From Verrucomicrobiota bacterium (lineage in GTDB: Bacteria; Verrucomicrobiota; Verrucomicrobiia; Opitutales; Cerasicoccaceae), in assembly GCA_039818205.1 (NCBI GenBank), contig JBCBUK010000006.1, positions 208,215-272,214 on the forward strand: a DNA stretch of 64,000 nucleotides. Direction: 5' to 3'. Below are positions 20,904-31,058 of this stretch, one piece after another (position 1 is the stretch's first letter; every line of letters starts with the position of its first letter). The notes under the pieces are model-generated. The model was not told where the DNA came from, searched no databases, and saw only the letters and a program-made list of their open reading frames with translations. The translations under genes and the position numbers were made by a program.

Positions 20904-22400
20904 CTAGTGAGGCGTATCGGGACCCCAGTCGCCTGGGAGTCGGCCCGACGGTTCGCTACCGCCTGGGAGGTCGTCAGGCAGATTCGGTCCACTGCCTTTG
21001 GATCCACCTCCGTGCCCGCGGCCTTCGTTGTCGTCCCAACGGTCCTGGTAGTCGACTTGGGCCATCTGGCTTGCGACATTGCCTTCGAGGTAAAGCGTGC
21101 GGGTAGGAAAGGCGACCGTTAAACCGCGCTCTCGAATCGCCCGCATGATTTTGCAATTGATCCGCTGCCGCACATCCATGTGTTCGAGCCACTTGGTCGA
21201 ACGAGTAAAATAGTAGACCAGAATGTCCAACGAACTCCCACCAAAGTCGGTAAAGTTAACCAGGATAAATTCCTGATTCACGCCTTCATCATTTTGCAAC
21301 AGGTTGCGAAAGTCTTCCACGAGTGCTTCCATGTCCTCGGGCGTGGCTTCGTAAGTAATACCGATGACCTGTTTGACTCGACGCTTCGGCATCCGGGTCC
21401 AGTTGTTGATGTACTCGTTGGCCAAAACGCCATTGGGAATCGAGATCACGGTTTTCGGCCAGGTGCGGACCTTGGTCGAACGCAATCCAATAGCCTCGAC
21501 ATCGCCGTCTACCTTGTCGCCAACCATAATCCAGTCACCGACCTTAAACGGGCGATCCAACATGATCATGAAGGTGCCGAACAAGTTCTTGATCGTATCT
21601 TGCGAGGCAAATGCAATGGCAGCTCCACCCAAGCCCAGCGTCGCGAGAATACCGCTAACGTTGTATCCCAGGTTATCAACCACCAAGAGAAGACCGACGA
21701 TCACAATGAATATTTTTAGCGACTTGTTGATCGTCGGAATGAATCCGTGAAGTGACGATGTTTGCCGCTCCAGGCGATCGCCAATAATGCAGGTCAGGAC
21801 ATCAGTTGCCCGAATCATCGCCCAGACGATGATCAACATTGAGCCGCCACGAAACAGATCCTGAATGATCTCGTTAGCCAGTGGTCTCAGAGGTAGAACC
21901 AACAGCGAAAGGTATATCCCGAGGACTAAAAGGAACAATGACGCTGGCTTTTGCAGAGCTTCGAAAAATTGATCATCATGCTCGAAGGCAGTCTTCTTCG
22001 TCAGACTTTGAATCCGGCTGAATAAGACGCGTGTGACGATATTTCGCAGCGTCATCGCAAATAGCAGGATCAGAAAGCTCAGTACTAATTCGCCAATTCG
22101 AAAATTACCGATTCGCGTATTGAGATACCGCATGATCTCGGTTCGGTGGCCAGTGGCATCAACTGCCTCACTGGCGATCTGCTTGATCGAGTCGCCGAGG
22201 TTCTTTTGAACGACGTCCGTTTCCTCATCGATCAATATTGTTGCTTCTTCGATCGTGGTCGATTTCTGAAACGTCTCGTCATTGTTCTCCGGGGCGTTTG
22301 GGGCGGGGCTTGGAGCAGGGCTCTCCTGCGCGGGGGCAACGACAGAGAACCAGGCGATCGCGGTGGCAACCAAAAGCACGAAACTAAATAGCTTACGCAT
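20904..22400 (-). CDS. Small-conductance mechanosensitive channel (MscS family)
   Basis: Several TM helices, LGLGGAAIAFASQDTIKN, RPFKVGDWI, IGLRST, AFPTRT. Confidence 0.93.
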   Translation of the reverse strand: MRKLFSFVLLVATAIAWFSVVAPAQESPAPSPAPNAPENNDETFQKSTTIEEATILIDEETDVVQKNLGDSIKQIASEAVDATGHRTEIMRYLNTRIGNFRIGELVLSFLILLFAMTLRNIVTRVLFSRIQSLTKKTAFEHDDQFFEALQKPASLFLLVLGIYLSLLVLPLRPLANEIIQDLFRGGSMLIIVWAMIRATDVLTCIIGDRLERQTSSLHGFIPTINKSLKIFIVIVGLLLVVDNLGYNVSGILATLGLGGAAIAFASQDTIKNLFGTFMIMLDRPFKVGDWIMVGDKVDGDVEAIGLRSTKVRTWPKTVISIPNGVLANEYINNWTRMPKRRVKQVIGITYEATPEDMEALVEDFRNLLQNDEGVNQEFILVNFTDFGGSSLDILVYYFTRSTKWLEHMDVRQRINCKIMRAIRERGLTVAFPTRTLYLEGNVASQMAQVDYQDRWDDNEGRGHGGGSKGSGPNLPDDLPGGSEPSGRLPGDWGPDTPH

Positions 22401-22507
22401 AGATGCTTGCTAACAGAACCTGGGCCGGTGGATCAAGCCCGGCTTGCGAGATTTTTGAACCAACCGCGCGCGTATGACCGAGATGCGGTGCTGCAATGGG
22501 GCAAGAA

Positions 22508-22534
22508 GAAACCCCGGTGTGCCACCGGGGTTTC
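22508..22534 (-). terminator. Intrinsic terminator after the EF-hand gene
   Basis: Perfect 12-bp stem GAAACCCCGGTG/CACCGGGGTTTC with 3-nt loop, pyrimidine-rich on the - strand. Confidence 0.7.
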
Positions 22535-22580
22535 CCTATTTATCTGTGTACTTGCTTTTTATTGACCCTGCTTATCAAAA

Positions 22581-23063
22581 CTAGTTGCCGGGAGCGGGCG
22601 GAGCGATGTCGTCGGAGTTCGAGGAATATTCGCTACTACGAGGAGGCCCTTGACGACCTTCACCACCGCCCTTGCCAGCGCCATTCTTGTTCATGTGGCG
22701 TTGCATGACACGGCGAGCCTTGCGACGTTCTTCCTGGTCGAGCTCACCGTTTCCATCGGCGTCAAAGCGCTCAAGCATCTTTTCCTTCCGCTCGGCTTGA
22801 AAGGCCTCGGCTTCGGCACGTTCCGTATCCGAGAGAACGCCGTCTCCATCGGAATCGAAGCGGTTGATTGCCATGCGCTCGAAGCGAGCTTCTTGGGCGG
22901 CTTGGCGTTCGGATTCATCCAGCTCTCCGTTTCCGTCGAGGTCAAATTCTTCCAGCAAGCGCTCTTGGCGCTCCTGGCCGCCTTGGCGTTCTTTTCCAGG
23001 ACCGGCAAATGAGGCGCTGCTAGCAACGAGTAGGCTGAGGCATATTACAGTGAATGTTTTCAT
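22581..23063 (-). CDS. Secreted EF-hand calcium-binding protein
   Basis: Signal peptide and three EF loops: DLDGNGELDESE, DSDGDGVLSDTE, DADGNGELDQEE. Confidence 0.88.
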   Translation of the reverse strand: MKTFTVICLSLLVASSASFAGPGKERQGGQERQERLLEEFDLDGNGELDESERQAAQEARFERMAINRFDSDGDGVLSDTERAEAEAFQAERKEKMLERFDADGNGELDQEERRKARRVMQRHMNKNGAGKGGGEGRQGPPRSSEYSSNSDDIAPPAPGN

Positions 23064-23202
23064 AAAGATCGTGAGTTGATTTTAGCTTTTCTGTTGTGCG
23101 TGGTTGATTGAGGTAACCGCACGGATTTCGAAAAGTTGCTAAAAAAAATGGTTTCAGACAGGGATTGAAGTGCTGGCCTGGTCAGTATTGTATGGGGTCC
23201 TA

Positions 23203-23607
23203 ATGTTTGAGGTCACATTCAGCGATCAAAGCATGGCGATGCTCAATCGTCTCGATATCACGGTCCAAATGCCGATTATCGAGCGGTTTAGCAGCCTAAC
23301 CCGCCAGGACTTGAAATCTGGCGGGGATGAGCTTGGGCATTTTGACCGGGGCCGTAAAACCTACTACCGCCTGCGCGCGGGCGACTTTCGGATTTATTTT
23401 GAAATTGTTGATGAAAATCGTCTGCTGAGTCACTACATCCTGCATAAGCACACAATGGCTGACTTTATCTTCCGATTTAAGTTACCCTATCGGGAAGAAA
23501 CCTTGGTCGAGCAGCACCAGTCCTTCTGGCAATATGTTGAAAGTCTGGCTCGTCATTCCGGCAACGAGCGTTTTGATGATCCAGAGAATAAGCATGGAAA
23601 CCCCTGA
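23203..23607 (+). CDS. RelE/ParE-fold protein with C-terminal extension, no adjacent antitoxin
   Basis: MFEVTFS N-terminus and YRLRAGDFRIYFEI RelE signature; ATG at 23203. Confidence 0.7.
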   Translation: MFEVTFSDQSMAMLNRLDITVQMPIIERFSSLTRQDLKSGGDELGHFDRGRKTYYRLRAGDFRIYFEIVDENRLLSHYILHKHTMADFIFRFKLPYREETLVEQHQSFWQYVESLARHSGNERFDDPENKHGNP

Positions 23608-24532
23608 TAGATCGACGGAAGCTTCTGATTCGGCAATTGATAAACAATCCGCCGAATCAAGCCCTGAACAAAATGGTAACGGTGATGCAGCCAACGGTAC
23701 CACGCAGTCCGCCGTGCACCCATTGCCCTATCGTGATGTTGCCGAAGCTAGCCGCATTTATATACTTCCGAATCTATTTACTGCCGGAAACTTATTCTTC
23801 GGTTTTCTTGCGATTATCTGGTGTATCCGTGGGCGCTATGTGGCAGGCACCGAGCAAGAAGCAGCTGTCTTTTTTACGGAAGCTGTCTTCTTCATCCTCG
23901 GCGCCGGTGTTTGCGATCTGCTAGACGGCAGGGTCGCCCGATTGGGTGGTCGCGAGTCACTCTTTGGTAAGGAGTTCGATTCCATTGCCGATGTGGTGAG
24001 CTTTGGTCTCGCGCCAGCCCTGATGATGTTTTTCCTCATTTTGGCGCCGACCGATGAATGGCCATTTTTTCGCCAGATTGGCTGGTTGATTGGGTTTGTC
24101 TTTTTGCTCTGTGCGGGTGTGCGGCTTGCGCGTTTCAATGTTATTACGAATCCATTCATTCCAGGTATTGAAACCGGGAAGGACGCCCACGATTTTCAGG
24201 GGTTACCGGCACCAGCGGCAGCTGGTATGGTCGCTTCAATCGTGCTCGTATTAATCAATTTTGAGTTTCGCCGGGAATTCTATTTGGTCCTGCCGCCGTT
24301 GATGCTCACGATTGCCTGGATGATGGTGAGCTCGGTTCGCTACCCCAGCTTCAAGCACATCGATTGGCAAAGCCACCTGAGCATCCAGCACTTCACCGGG
24401 TTGATTGTTTTTGTGGCGGCACTGCTCATGTTCTGGCGGTTCTCCTTTGCCCTCCTTTTTATGGGCTATCTGTTCTATGGTTTGTTCCGGCATGTGAAGC
24501 GTAAAAAGCAATCCCCGGAAAATGCCCCCTGA
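23594..24532 (+). CDS. pssA: CDP-diacylglycerol--serine O-phosphatidyltransferase
   Basis: LPNLFTAGNLFFG, DLLDGRVAR...FGKEFDSIADVVSFGLAP, RLARFN; ATG at 23594. Confidence 0.92.
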   Translation: METPDRSTEASDSAIDKQSAESSPEQNGNGDAANGTTQSAVHPLPYRDVAEASRIYILPNLFTAGNLFFGFLAIIWCIRGRYVAGTEQEAAVFFTEAVFFILGAGVCDLLDGRVARLGGRESLFGKEFDSIADVVSFGLAPALMMFFLILAPTDEWPFFRQIGWLIGFVFLLCAGVRLARFNVITNPFIPGIETGKDAHDFQGLPAPAAAGMVASIVLVLINFEFRREFYLVLPPLMLTIAWMMVSSVRYPSFKHIDWQSHLSIQHFTGLIVFVAALLMFWRFSFALLFMGYLFYGLFRHVKRKKQSPENAP

Positions 24533-27500
24533 GTCCGTATCGTCCACTGCGCTCGTCGATCGGTTAGCCCGAGATCGTTTCGCGAATGAACTAGATCGGA
24601 GTTTCTCCGTCATCGCGGCAGCCGGGGTGGGGAAGACAACGGCGATTGTTCAGCGAGTGGTGAATCTGGCCCGGGCAGATCAAGGGCGCGACAATCCGGT
24701 TTTGCCTCGATTGGCCGTCGTGACCTACGGCCATGAGGCAGCCAATGAGATGCGTCGGCGAGCCGCGGATGCGTTGCACCAGGCGCAGGTTGGCCCGGAA
24801 GTTCTCGGACGCTTTCAACAAGCTTTTTTCGGAACTATCCATAGCTTCTGTCTGGAGCTGATGCGTAGCTATGGGCCCTTGGCCGGCCTTTCGCCTCGCT
24901 TCGAGCCCGTTCGCAACGAGGAGGATCTTTGGCGGGCATTCTTGCGGGGAAGCGACACGGTTTTACATGCGCTCCCCGAGAGCTCTCGATCTGGCTTTGA
25001 GCGCTTGGCCTCATTTCCAAAGGCCTTGAGCTTAGCGCGTGAGTTCGGTGCGCGGATTCCCGAGGTCCCCGATCCCGGACCCGTCCCAGCGGTTGATTTC
25101 TCGCCAATCCGAAACTTCGAACCCGCCAAGAGAAAGCCATCGGCGGCCACTCAAAAGTCGATCGATGAAGGGCAACGCCTTGCGCAGCAGTGGATCGAGG
25201 CCTTTAACGACCCGAGTCTGCCCCCTTGTCCGCCACCGGACTATGCGAAGGGAGGGAAAGAATTTCAGGAAGTTTGGCAAGCCGCCTGGCATCCACTCAA
25301 AGTCTGGCTTGGTGACGCCACCTTATTCCTCGCCGCTAATCTTGCCCGAGAGTTTCGAGCCTTCCGCATCGAGCGAAATCAGATTGCTTTTGACGACATG
25401 ATCGCGCTCGCGGCTGAGTTGTTGGATCACCCCTCGGCTGGTCCCGCAATCCGGGCTCAGGAACGGCTGGTCATTCTCGACGAAGCCCAAGACACCGACC
25501 ATCTCCAGTTCCAGGTGCTTCTTAACGTGGCGGGTGCGGAATGGGGGAAAGGCTCATCAATGGCCCAAGTATCTGGCCCGCCGCCCGGACGCTTTTGTAT
25601 GGTAGGCGATCCGCAACAGGCGATTTACAGTAGCCGGGCAGACCTCGCCACTTATCGCATGGTCCATCGGCAGCTCATCCAAAGCCGGTCGATCGACGAG
25701 CTTTCGTTCACGGTCACCATGCGCTGTGATCACCAGATCGTGAACTGTGTGAATCAGTTTTTCCCCAACATCCTAAGGTTGGCGGATGAGACCGATGGCC
25801 AAGCGCGCTTCGCCCCCTTAAATGCCCGACCCTGGGCTGGTCCAGGAAATGTTGAGCGGGTAATCCTGCCGCCTGATTCCCGGCTGCCCGAAAAACCGAA
25901 GGTGGAAGAGAGTCAGCTCGCGGAGGTTCGGGCCTTGGCTCAATGGTTCCAATCGATTAGCCCGAACGATTTGGGAGTGGGCGATTGGCACGAGGTGTGT
26001 TTGTTGGCGAGTCGCAACGCGTGGTTGGGCTCGCTCGCGGAGGAACTGGAACGCGTGGGCTTGCCGGTTCAAGCTCATTCGCGGTCAAAAAAGCGCGGTG
26101 AGGATCCCGTTTGGGCTTGGACGACCGCGATAATACGCATCCTGGCGGAGCCTGAAGACGCTTTTGAGGTCGCAGGTTTCCTGCGCGAAGTATTTGTCAT
26201 CTCCGACGATGCCATCGCCCGCTACATCAAACGCTATCGGAAAGCAGGAGCTGCGGAATCGCCTTTATCGTTGATTGCGGCCGTAACCGAGCAATCAGAG
26301 ATTGCCGATGCTCTGCGCTGTTTGAAGCGGCTTTATCAAGACACACGTGATCTACCGCTAGGCGATGCATTGGATCGGGTTTTTGAAGTGCTGGATATGC
26401 ACCGTCGATGGCAGTCGATTCCCGAGATGGACGAATTGCGCCTGGTGCACACAATCGATCGGCTCCGCACCCAAGCCTTGATTGTGGAGGAGCAAGGTCT
26501 CACCATGGCCGACTGGTCGCGCCAACTCCTGTTCATGCTGGAGGAACCCGACGGAACCGATGAGCCCAAGCCGGGCTACATCCAGTTAATGACCTGTCAC
26601 AAGGCCAAGGGCTTGCAGTGGCCCGTGGTCGTTGCACCGTTCCTCTATCGCGAGCTCGCGTTTCGGCAAGTGCGCTATCCGGTTTTTTATCCGGAGCAAG
26701 AAGATCGACCCGCACGGGTCGCATACGACAAGTTTTGCTTTCAAGACTTGGCCGCGCGCAAGAAGCAGAAAGACGACTACGAGCGGGAACGCCTGGCTTA
26801 TGTGACGTGGACCCGGGCGCGGCAGCGCCTCATCTTGGTCGATGGTTCCGCCTACTATGCGCGAGTCGCTGAATCCAGTTGGGTCCATACCTATCGAGCG
26901 GCTGATAACGGAGCCAACGCTCAAGCCTGGGTAAATATTCCTCTGTTTGAAGAGACAACCGAGATTTCTGAAATCGAGGCGACGGATCTTGAAAGCTTGC
27001 CGGCGTCGTCCCCGTTTTTCCTATCGCCGGACGAAATCGTCGCACGAACCGAACCCGTCGCGGCCACCTTCACTCGACGCATCATCCCCAGCAGTTTAGC
27101 CGACCATTCTCGGCGGACTTCGAGCGATGAAACAGGCCATGAGCGCGATGAGCGCGAATGGGACGCCGAGCCGGGCTATCCTGAGGTGCGTCACAGCATG
27201 CCCACGAATTCTGGCGCCGAGTATGGCAACTGGTGGCATGAAACCATGCAGCATGCTCCCTGGGGGCAGGACGCGGATACGTGGGAAACATTTCTTCGGC
27301 AATCACTCGAGCATTCTCCGGATTCCGAGCGCGGTGACACAGAGCTTACCCGTTTGCGCCAAAGCAAGGGCTTTGGCCGGTTGAATGAGCCATCAACCAT
27401 TGTCCGAACCGAAGTACCGATTCTGTGGCCGGAGGGCGCCGTTGCCCCGAGCCAGGCTGAGTTGGATATCGACTCATATTCGGATTCCATTTCGCCGTTT

Positions 27501-27743
27501 GCCTATGATGGCTACATCGATTTGCTGGCCTTCAACGAAGAGCACCGGCGTTGGTTGGTGGTCGATTGGAAAACCGACCGCGTTGGAGCGGATCCGACGG
27601 CTGAGATGCTCGGTGCCTATGGTCAACAACTAGCAGCCTATGTAACCGCATTGAGTACGGCGTTTGGAGTGCGCTTTACCGGCTACCTCTACAGCACACG
27701 TGCGGCTGAGTGGATACGGCTACCGGCCAAGAACGACGGCTGA
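24522..27743 (+). CDS. AddA/RecB-like UvrD helicase with C-terminal PD-(D/E)xK nuclease
   Basis: AAAGVGKTT, GTIHSFC, DEAQDT, VGDPQQAIY, TCHKAKGLQ, YVTWTRAR; nuclease motifs GYIDLL...DWKTD...QLAAY. Confidence 0.9.
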   Translation: MPPESVSSTALVDRLARDRFANELDRSFSVIAAAGVGKTTAIVQRVVNLARADQGRDNPVLPRLAVVTYGHEAANEMRRRAADALHQAQVGPEVLGRFQQAFFGTIHSFCLELMRSYGPLAGLSPRFEPVRNEEDLWRAFLRGSDTVLHALPESSRSGFERLASFPKALSLAREFGARIPEVPDPGPVPAVDFSPIRNFEPAKRKPSAATQKSIDEGQRLAQQWIEAFNDPSLPPCPPPDYAKGGKEFQEVWQAAWHPLKVWLGDATLFLAANLAREFRAFRIERNQIAFDDMIALAAELLDHPSAGPAIRAQERLVILDEAQDTDHLQFQVLLNVAGAEWGKGSSMAQVSGPPPGRFCMVGDPQQAIYSSRADLATYRMVHRQLIQSRSIDELSFTVTMRCDHQIVNCVNQFFPNILRLADETDGQARFAPLNARPWAGPGNVERVILPPDSRLPEKPKVEESQLAEVRALAQWFQSISPNDLGVGDWHEVCLLASRNAWLGSLAEELERVGLPVQAHSRSKKRGEDPVWAWTTAIIRILAEPEDAFEVAGFLREVFVISDDAIARYIKRYRKAGAAESPLSLIAAVTEQSEIADALRCLKRLYQDTRDLPLGDALDRVFEVLDMHRRWQSIPEMDELRLVHTIDRLRTQALIVEEQGLTMADWSRQLLFMLEEPDGTDEPKPGYIQLMTCHKAKGLQWPVVVAPFLYRELAFRQVRYPVFYPEQEDRPARVAYDKFCFQDLAARKKQKDDYERERLAYVTWTRARQRLILVDGSAYYARVAESSWVHTYRAADNGANAQAWVNIPLFEETTEISEIEATDLESLPASSPFFLSPDEIVARTEPVAATFTRRIIPSSLADHSRRTSSDETGHERDEREWDAEPGYPEVRHSMPTNSGAEYGNWWHETMQHAPWGQDADTWETFLRQSLEHSPDSERGDTELTRLRQSKGFGRLNEPSTIVRTEVPILWPEGAVAPSQAELDIDSYSDSISPFAYDGYIDLLAFNEEHRRWLVVDWKTDRVGADPTAEMLGAYGQQLAAYVTALSTAFGVRFTGYLYSTRAAEWIRLPAKNDG

Positions 27744-27800
27744 TCGATAAAAATCGGCGCTTGGCAGGCCTCGGGTTATTCCATTTGATCAGATATCGCT

Positions 27801-29372
27801 ATGAGGAGTATTTTTCTGTGCTGTGCCTTGGTTGTTTTGGCGTCCCTGTTAGGCTGTAAAGGTAAGGAGCAAGCGAAGGCGGTTCCGGATACCTTTGTCT
27901 TTGCCCGCGGAAGCGATGCCCAGAAATTGGACCCGGCGGATGTTGACGATGGTGAGTCGGTCAACACATTGGCGCAAATCTGTGAAGGCCTCGTGCGATT
28001 TAAACCGGGAACGCTCGAGGTCGAACCCTGGCTGGCTGAGACCTTTTTCATGTCGGCCGACGGATTGACGTATACGTTCAAGATTCGCAAGGGCATTACC
28101 TTTCATGATGGCACGCCACTTGATGCCGAAGCCGCCGCATTCTCGTTTGAACGGCAGATTGACGAAGCTCATCCGGCACACTTGCCGACGGCCAGTTTCC
28201 AATATTGGAACTTCCTGTATTCCGAGGTTAAGTCCGTCGAGGTCGTTGATGAGATGACGCTGAAGCTCCACTTGAGTCAGCCAAACGCGACTTTGCTTTA
28301 TTCCTTGGCCATCTTCCCCGCGTGGCTCATCAGCCCCAATACGCCTCCGGCCGAGATTCCGATGCGTCCGGTTGGGACTGGCCCTTACCAGTTCGTCGAG
28401 TGGGCACCGGACCAGGCGGTCGTCCTCGAGCGCAACGAAAACTATTGGGCCTACCGACCATTTTATCCTCGAATCATCATCAGCACCGTTCCCGACAATA
28501 CCGTCCGCGTACTCATGCTGAAATCGGGCTCTGTGGATGCAATCGATGGCGTGCAGCCAGCCGAAGCAATCGCATACGCCGAGAACCCCGCATTTACTTT
28601 GCACCGGGCACCAAGTATGAATGTTGGCTATCTCGCGATCCAATCTGGGGTCGAGCGCCTGCGTGATCCGGAGATTCGCCGCGCGTTAGCCATGGCCATT
28701 AACCGTCAGGCAATCGCCGATCTCGCCTTGGATGGTGCGGCTCTTCCGGCGAGTTATCCAATCCCACCGGGTTTCCTTGGCGAGCCCAAGTCACAGGCCG
28801 AGCCAGTGCCCTTCGATCCAGAGGCCGCGAAGAAATTACTCGAAGCGCATCTGGACCTTTTTGATGTGCCGATCGTGATTAGCACTTTTGATGCCCCGCG
28901 CGTTTATTTCCCAGATCCCCAACGGGTCGCTTCTTTGATTCGCAATGATTGGGAAGAGATTGGGCTAACGGTCGAGATCGAAACCCGAGACTTCAAGAGC
29001 CACCTGCAAACGCTGCGCAATGGGGACTTTGAGGTGGGGCTTATCGGCTGGTATGGCGACAATGGAGACACCGACAATTTCCTTTCGACGTTCTTCCATA
29101 GCCGCGCGGCTGTTCCCGGAAGTGCGACCAACTTCTCATTCTACAAGGATCCTGCCATGGATGCCGCGCTCGACGCGGCTCGGCGGGTGGAAGATCCCGA
29201 GACGCGGGAGAAGTTCTACAATCAGGCGCTTAAACTCTGGGAGCGCGACTTGCCGATCATCCCACTCGTCCACGCCGAGCAGTTGGTGCTCACCAAATCG
29301 CAGATCAAGGGATTCCAGTTGTCACCGACTGGGACGCTCTTTTGGGGGCCGGTGTCCTGGCAAAATGAATAA
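27801..29372 (+). CDS. Family 5 ABC substrate-binding lipoprotein (DppA-like)
   Basis: Lipobox LLGC, LDPA, EGLVRF, TFHDGTP, PVGTGPY. Confidence 0.92.
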   Translation: MRSIFLCCALVVLASLLGCKGKEQAKAVPDTFVFARGSDAQKLDPADVDDGESVNTLAQICEGLVRFKPGTLEVEPWLAETFFMSADGLTYTFKIRKGITFHDGTPLDAEAAAFSFERQIDEAHPAHLPTASFQYWNFLYSEVKSVEVVDEMTLKLHLSQPNATLLYSLAIFPAWLISPNTPPAEIPMRPVGTGPYQFVEWAPDQAVVLERNENYWAYRPFYPRIIISTVPDNTVRVLMLKSGSVDAIDGVQPAEAIAYAENPAFTLHRAPSMNVGYLAIQSGVERLRDPEIRRALAMAINRQAIADLALDGAALPASYPIPPGFLGEPKSQAEPVPFDPEAAKKLLEAHLDLFDVPIVISTFDAPRVYFPDPQRVASLIRNDWEEIGLTVEIETRDFKSHLQTLRNGDFEVGLIGWYGDNGDTDNFLSTFFHSRAAVPGSATNFSFYKDPAMDAALDAARRVEDPETREKFYNQALKLWERDLPIIPLVHAEQLVLTKSQIKGFQLSPTGTLFWGPVSWQNE

Positions 29373-29479
29373 GGGTCGCTTATCAATAGGCGGACCATTC
29401 GCTCTACTTTATCACGATTTGGCGTCGCATGGATAAGCAAGCTTGATCCCGGGCGGGGGAATCGCAAAGCTCTGCGCCC

Positions 29480-30862
29480 ATGCGCATAGAAAAAGATTCC
29501 ATGGGAACGATGGAGGTCGCCGACGAGGCCCTCTACGGTGCATCAACTCAACGCGCGGTGCTGAATTTTCCGATCAGCGGGCGAGTCATGCCGGAGGGTT
29601 TCATCCGCGGTTTGGGCATCGTCAAGGCGGCATGTGCCACCGCAAACGAAGAGCTTGGCCGCCTTTCCAAGGAAAAAGCGGACTACATTCGCCAAGCCTG
29701 TGCGGAAGTTGAGGCGGGTAAGCTCTCGGAGCACTTCCCGGTTGATGTGTTCCAGACCGGTAGCGGTACTTCCTCCAACATGAATTTGAATGAAGTCGTG
29801 GCTAATCGCGCGGCTCAGATGGCCGGTAAGCCAATTGGCGGAAAGGAACCGATTCACCCGAATGACGACGTCAATCTGGGCCAATCATCCAACGATATCG
29901 TGCCGACCGTTTTGCACGTTTCGTTGGCCGTCGCGCTCAAAGAGAATTTGGTTCCCTCGCTAAAGCACTTGCACGATGCGCTTGATGCCAAAGCCAAGGA
30001 ATTTGATAGCGTGATCAAGATTGGACGCACCCACCTAATGGATGCCACCCCATTGTCCTTGGGACAAGAATTCTCCGGCTACGCCCACCAGCTGGCGAAG
30101 TCGGTTGTTCGCGCCGAAGAAGCCGTCGATCGATTGGAGGAGCTCGCCATTGGTGGAACGGCCGTGGGAACGGGTATCAATTGTCACCCAGAGTTCTCCG
30201 GCAAAGTGTGCCGCATCCTCGCTGACAAGACGGGCATCCCGTTTCGCGAAGCAGAGAATCATTTTGAAGCCCAGGCAGGTCGCGATGACTGCGTTGAAGT
30301 CGCTGGCTTGTTGACCACTATTGCAGCCAGCTTAACGAAGGTCGCCAACGACATCCGCCTGCTCGGCAGTGGCCCGCGCTCGGGATTGGGTGAAATTAGC
30401 CTGCCGTCGACGCAGCCCGGTTCCTCCATCATGCCCGGCAAAGTAAACCCAGTGATGAGTGAAATGTTGGTGCAGGTGGCACTTTACGTTATGGGCCTCT
30501 CAAATACCGTTTCAATGGCAGGGCGAGACGGGCACTTTGAGCTCAACGTGACGATCCCGCTGATGGCGCATTGCCTCCACGAGAGCGTGACCTGCCTCAG
30601 CAACGGTGCCCGCACCTTCGCGGATCGCTGCGTCGCTGGAATCACGGCCAACGAAAAAGCCTGCGCTGACCTCGTTAACCGCAGCTTGATGCTCGTTACC
30701 GCGCTCAACCCGTATATCGGATACGATAACGCTGCCCGCGTGGCGAAGCGTGCCTTCCAAGAAAACAAAACCCTCAAGGAAGTTCTCCTCGACGAGGCCT
30801 TGATGGATGAAGCCAAGATCGACGAAGCCCTCGATCCGTCCAAAATGATCCACCCCGGCTAG
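29480..30862 (+). CDS. fumC: Class II fumarate hydratase
   Basis: MRIEKDSMG, FQTGSGTSSNMN, KIGRTHLMDA, GSSIMPGKVNP. Confidence 0.97.
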   Translation: MRIEKDSMGTMEVADEALYGASTQRAVLNFPISGRVMPEGFIRGLGIVKAACATANEELGRLSKEKADYIRQACAEVEAGKLSEHFPVDVFQTGSGTSSNMNLNEVVANRAAQMAGKPIGGKEPIHPNDDVNLGQSSNDIVPTVLHVSLAVALKENLVPSLKHLHDALDAKAKEFDSVIKIGRTHLMDATPLSLGQEFSGYAHQLAKSVVRAEEAVDRLEELAIGGTAVGTGINCHPEFSGKVCRILADKTGIPFREAENHFEAQAGRDDCVEVAGLLTTIAASLTKVANDIRLLGSGPRSGLGEISLPSTQPGSSIMPGKVNPVMSEMLVQVALYVMGLSNTVSMAGRDGHFELNVTIPLMAHCLHESVTCLSNGARTFADRCVAGITANEKACADLVNRSLMLVTALNPYIGYDNAARVAKRAFQENKTLKEVLLDEALMDEAKIDEALDPSKMIHPG

Positions 30863-30885
30863 GCAACGTGCCGTTGCATCCATTG

Positions 30886-30922
30886 CCAACCTCCGGTTGG
30901 ATCGGAGGATGCGCCAATGGCG
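30886..30922 (+). repeat. Left copy of a 37-bp inverted double-hairpin (REP-like) repeat
   Basis: CCAACCTCCGGTTGGATCGGAGGATGCGCCAATGGCG; 31/37 identical to the reverse complement of 31410..31446. Confidence 0.85.
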
Positions 30923-30955
30923 CATAACATCGGAGTGAGTATTTCTACGAACTGC

Positions 30956-30986
30956 AAAATGACCGACTTGTTGAGTCGGTCATTTT
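30956..30986. terminator. Bidirectional intrinsic terminator between fumC and the convergent small ORF
   Basis: Perfect 13-bp stem AAAATGACCGACT/AGTCGGTCATTTT, 5-nt loop, A/T tracts at both ends. Confidence 0.7.
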
Positions 30987-31058
30987 TATTGTCGAGCGGG
31001 TGTTCTGTGATGTGTTTTGTATCACGGTTGCCGATGTGCATCACGATGATTCAGGTGG

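Noticed and set aside
30922..31008. attC-like site (GCATAAC ... GTTCTGT around a central hairpin) beside the small cargo gene
   Set aside because: R boxes are only partly complementary, no L-box pairing was found, and there is no integron integrase or second site. The hairpin is better explained as a terminator.
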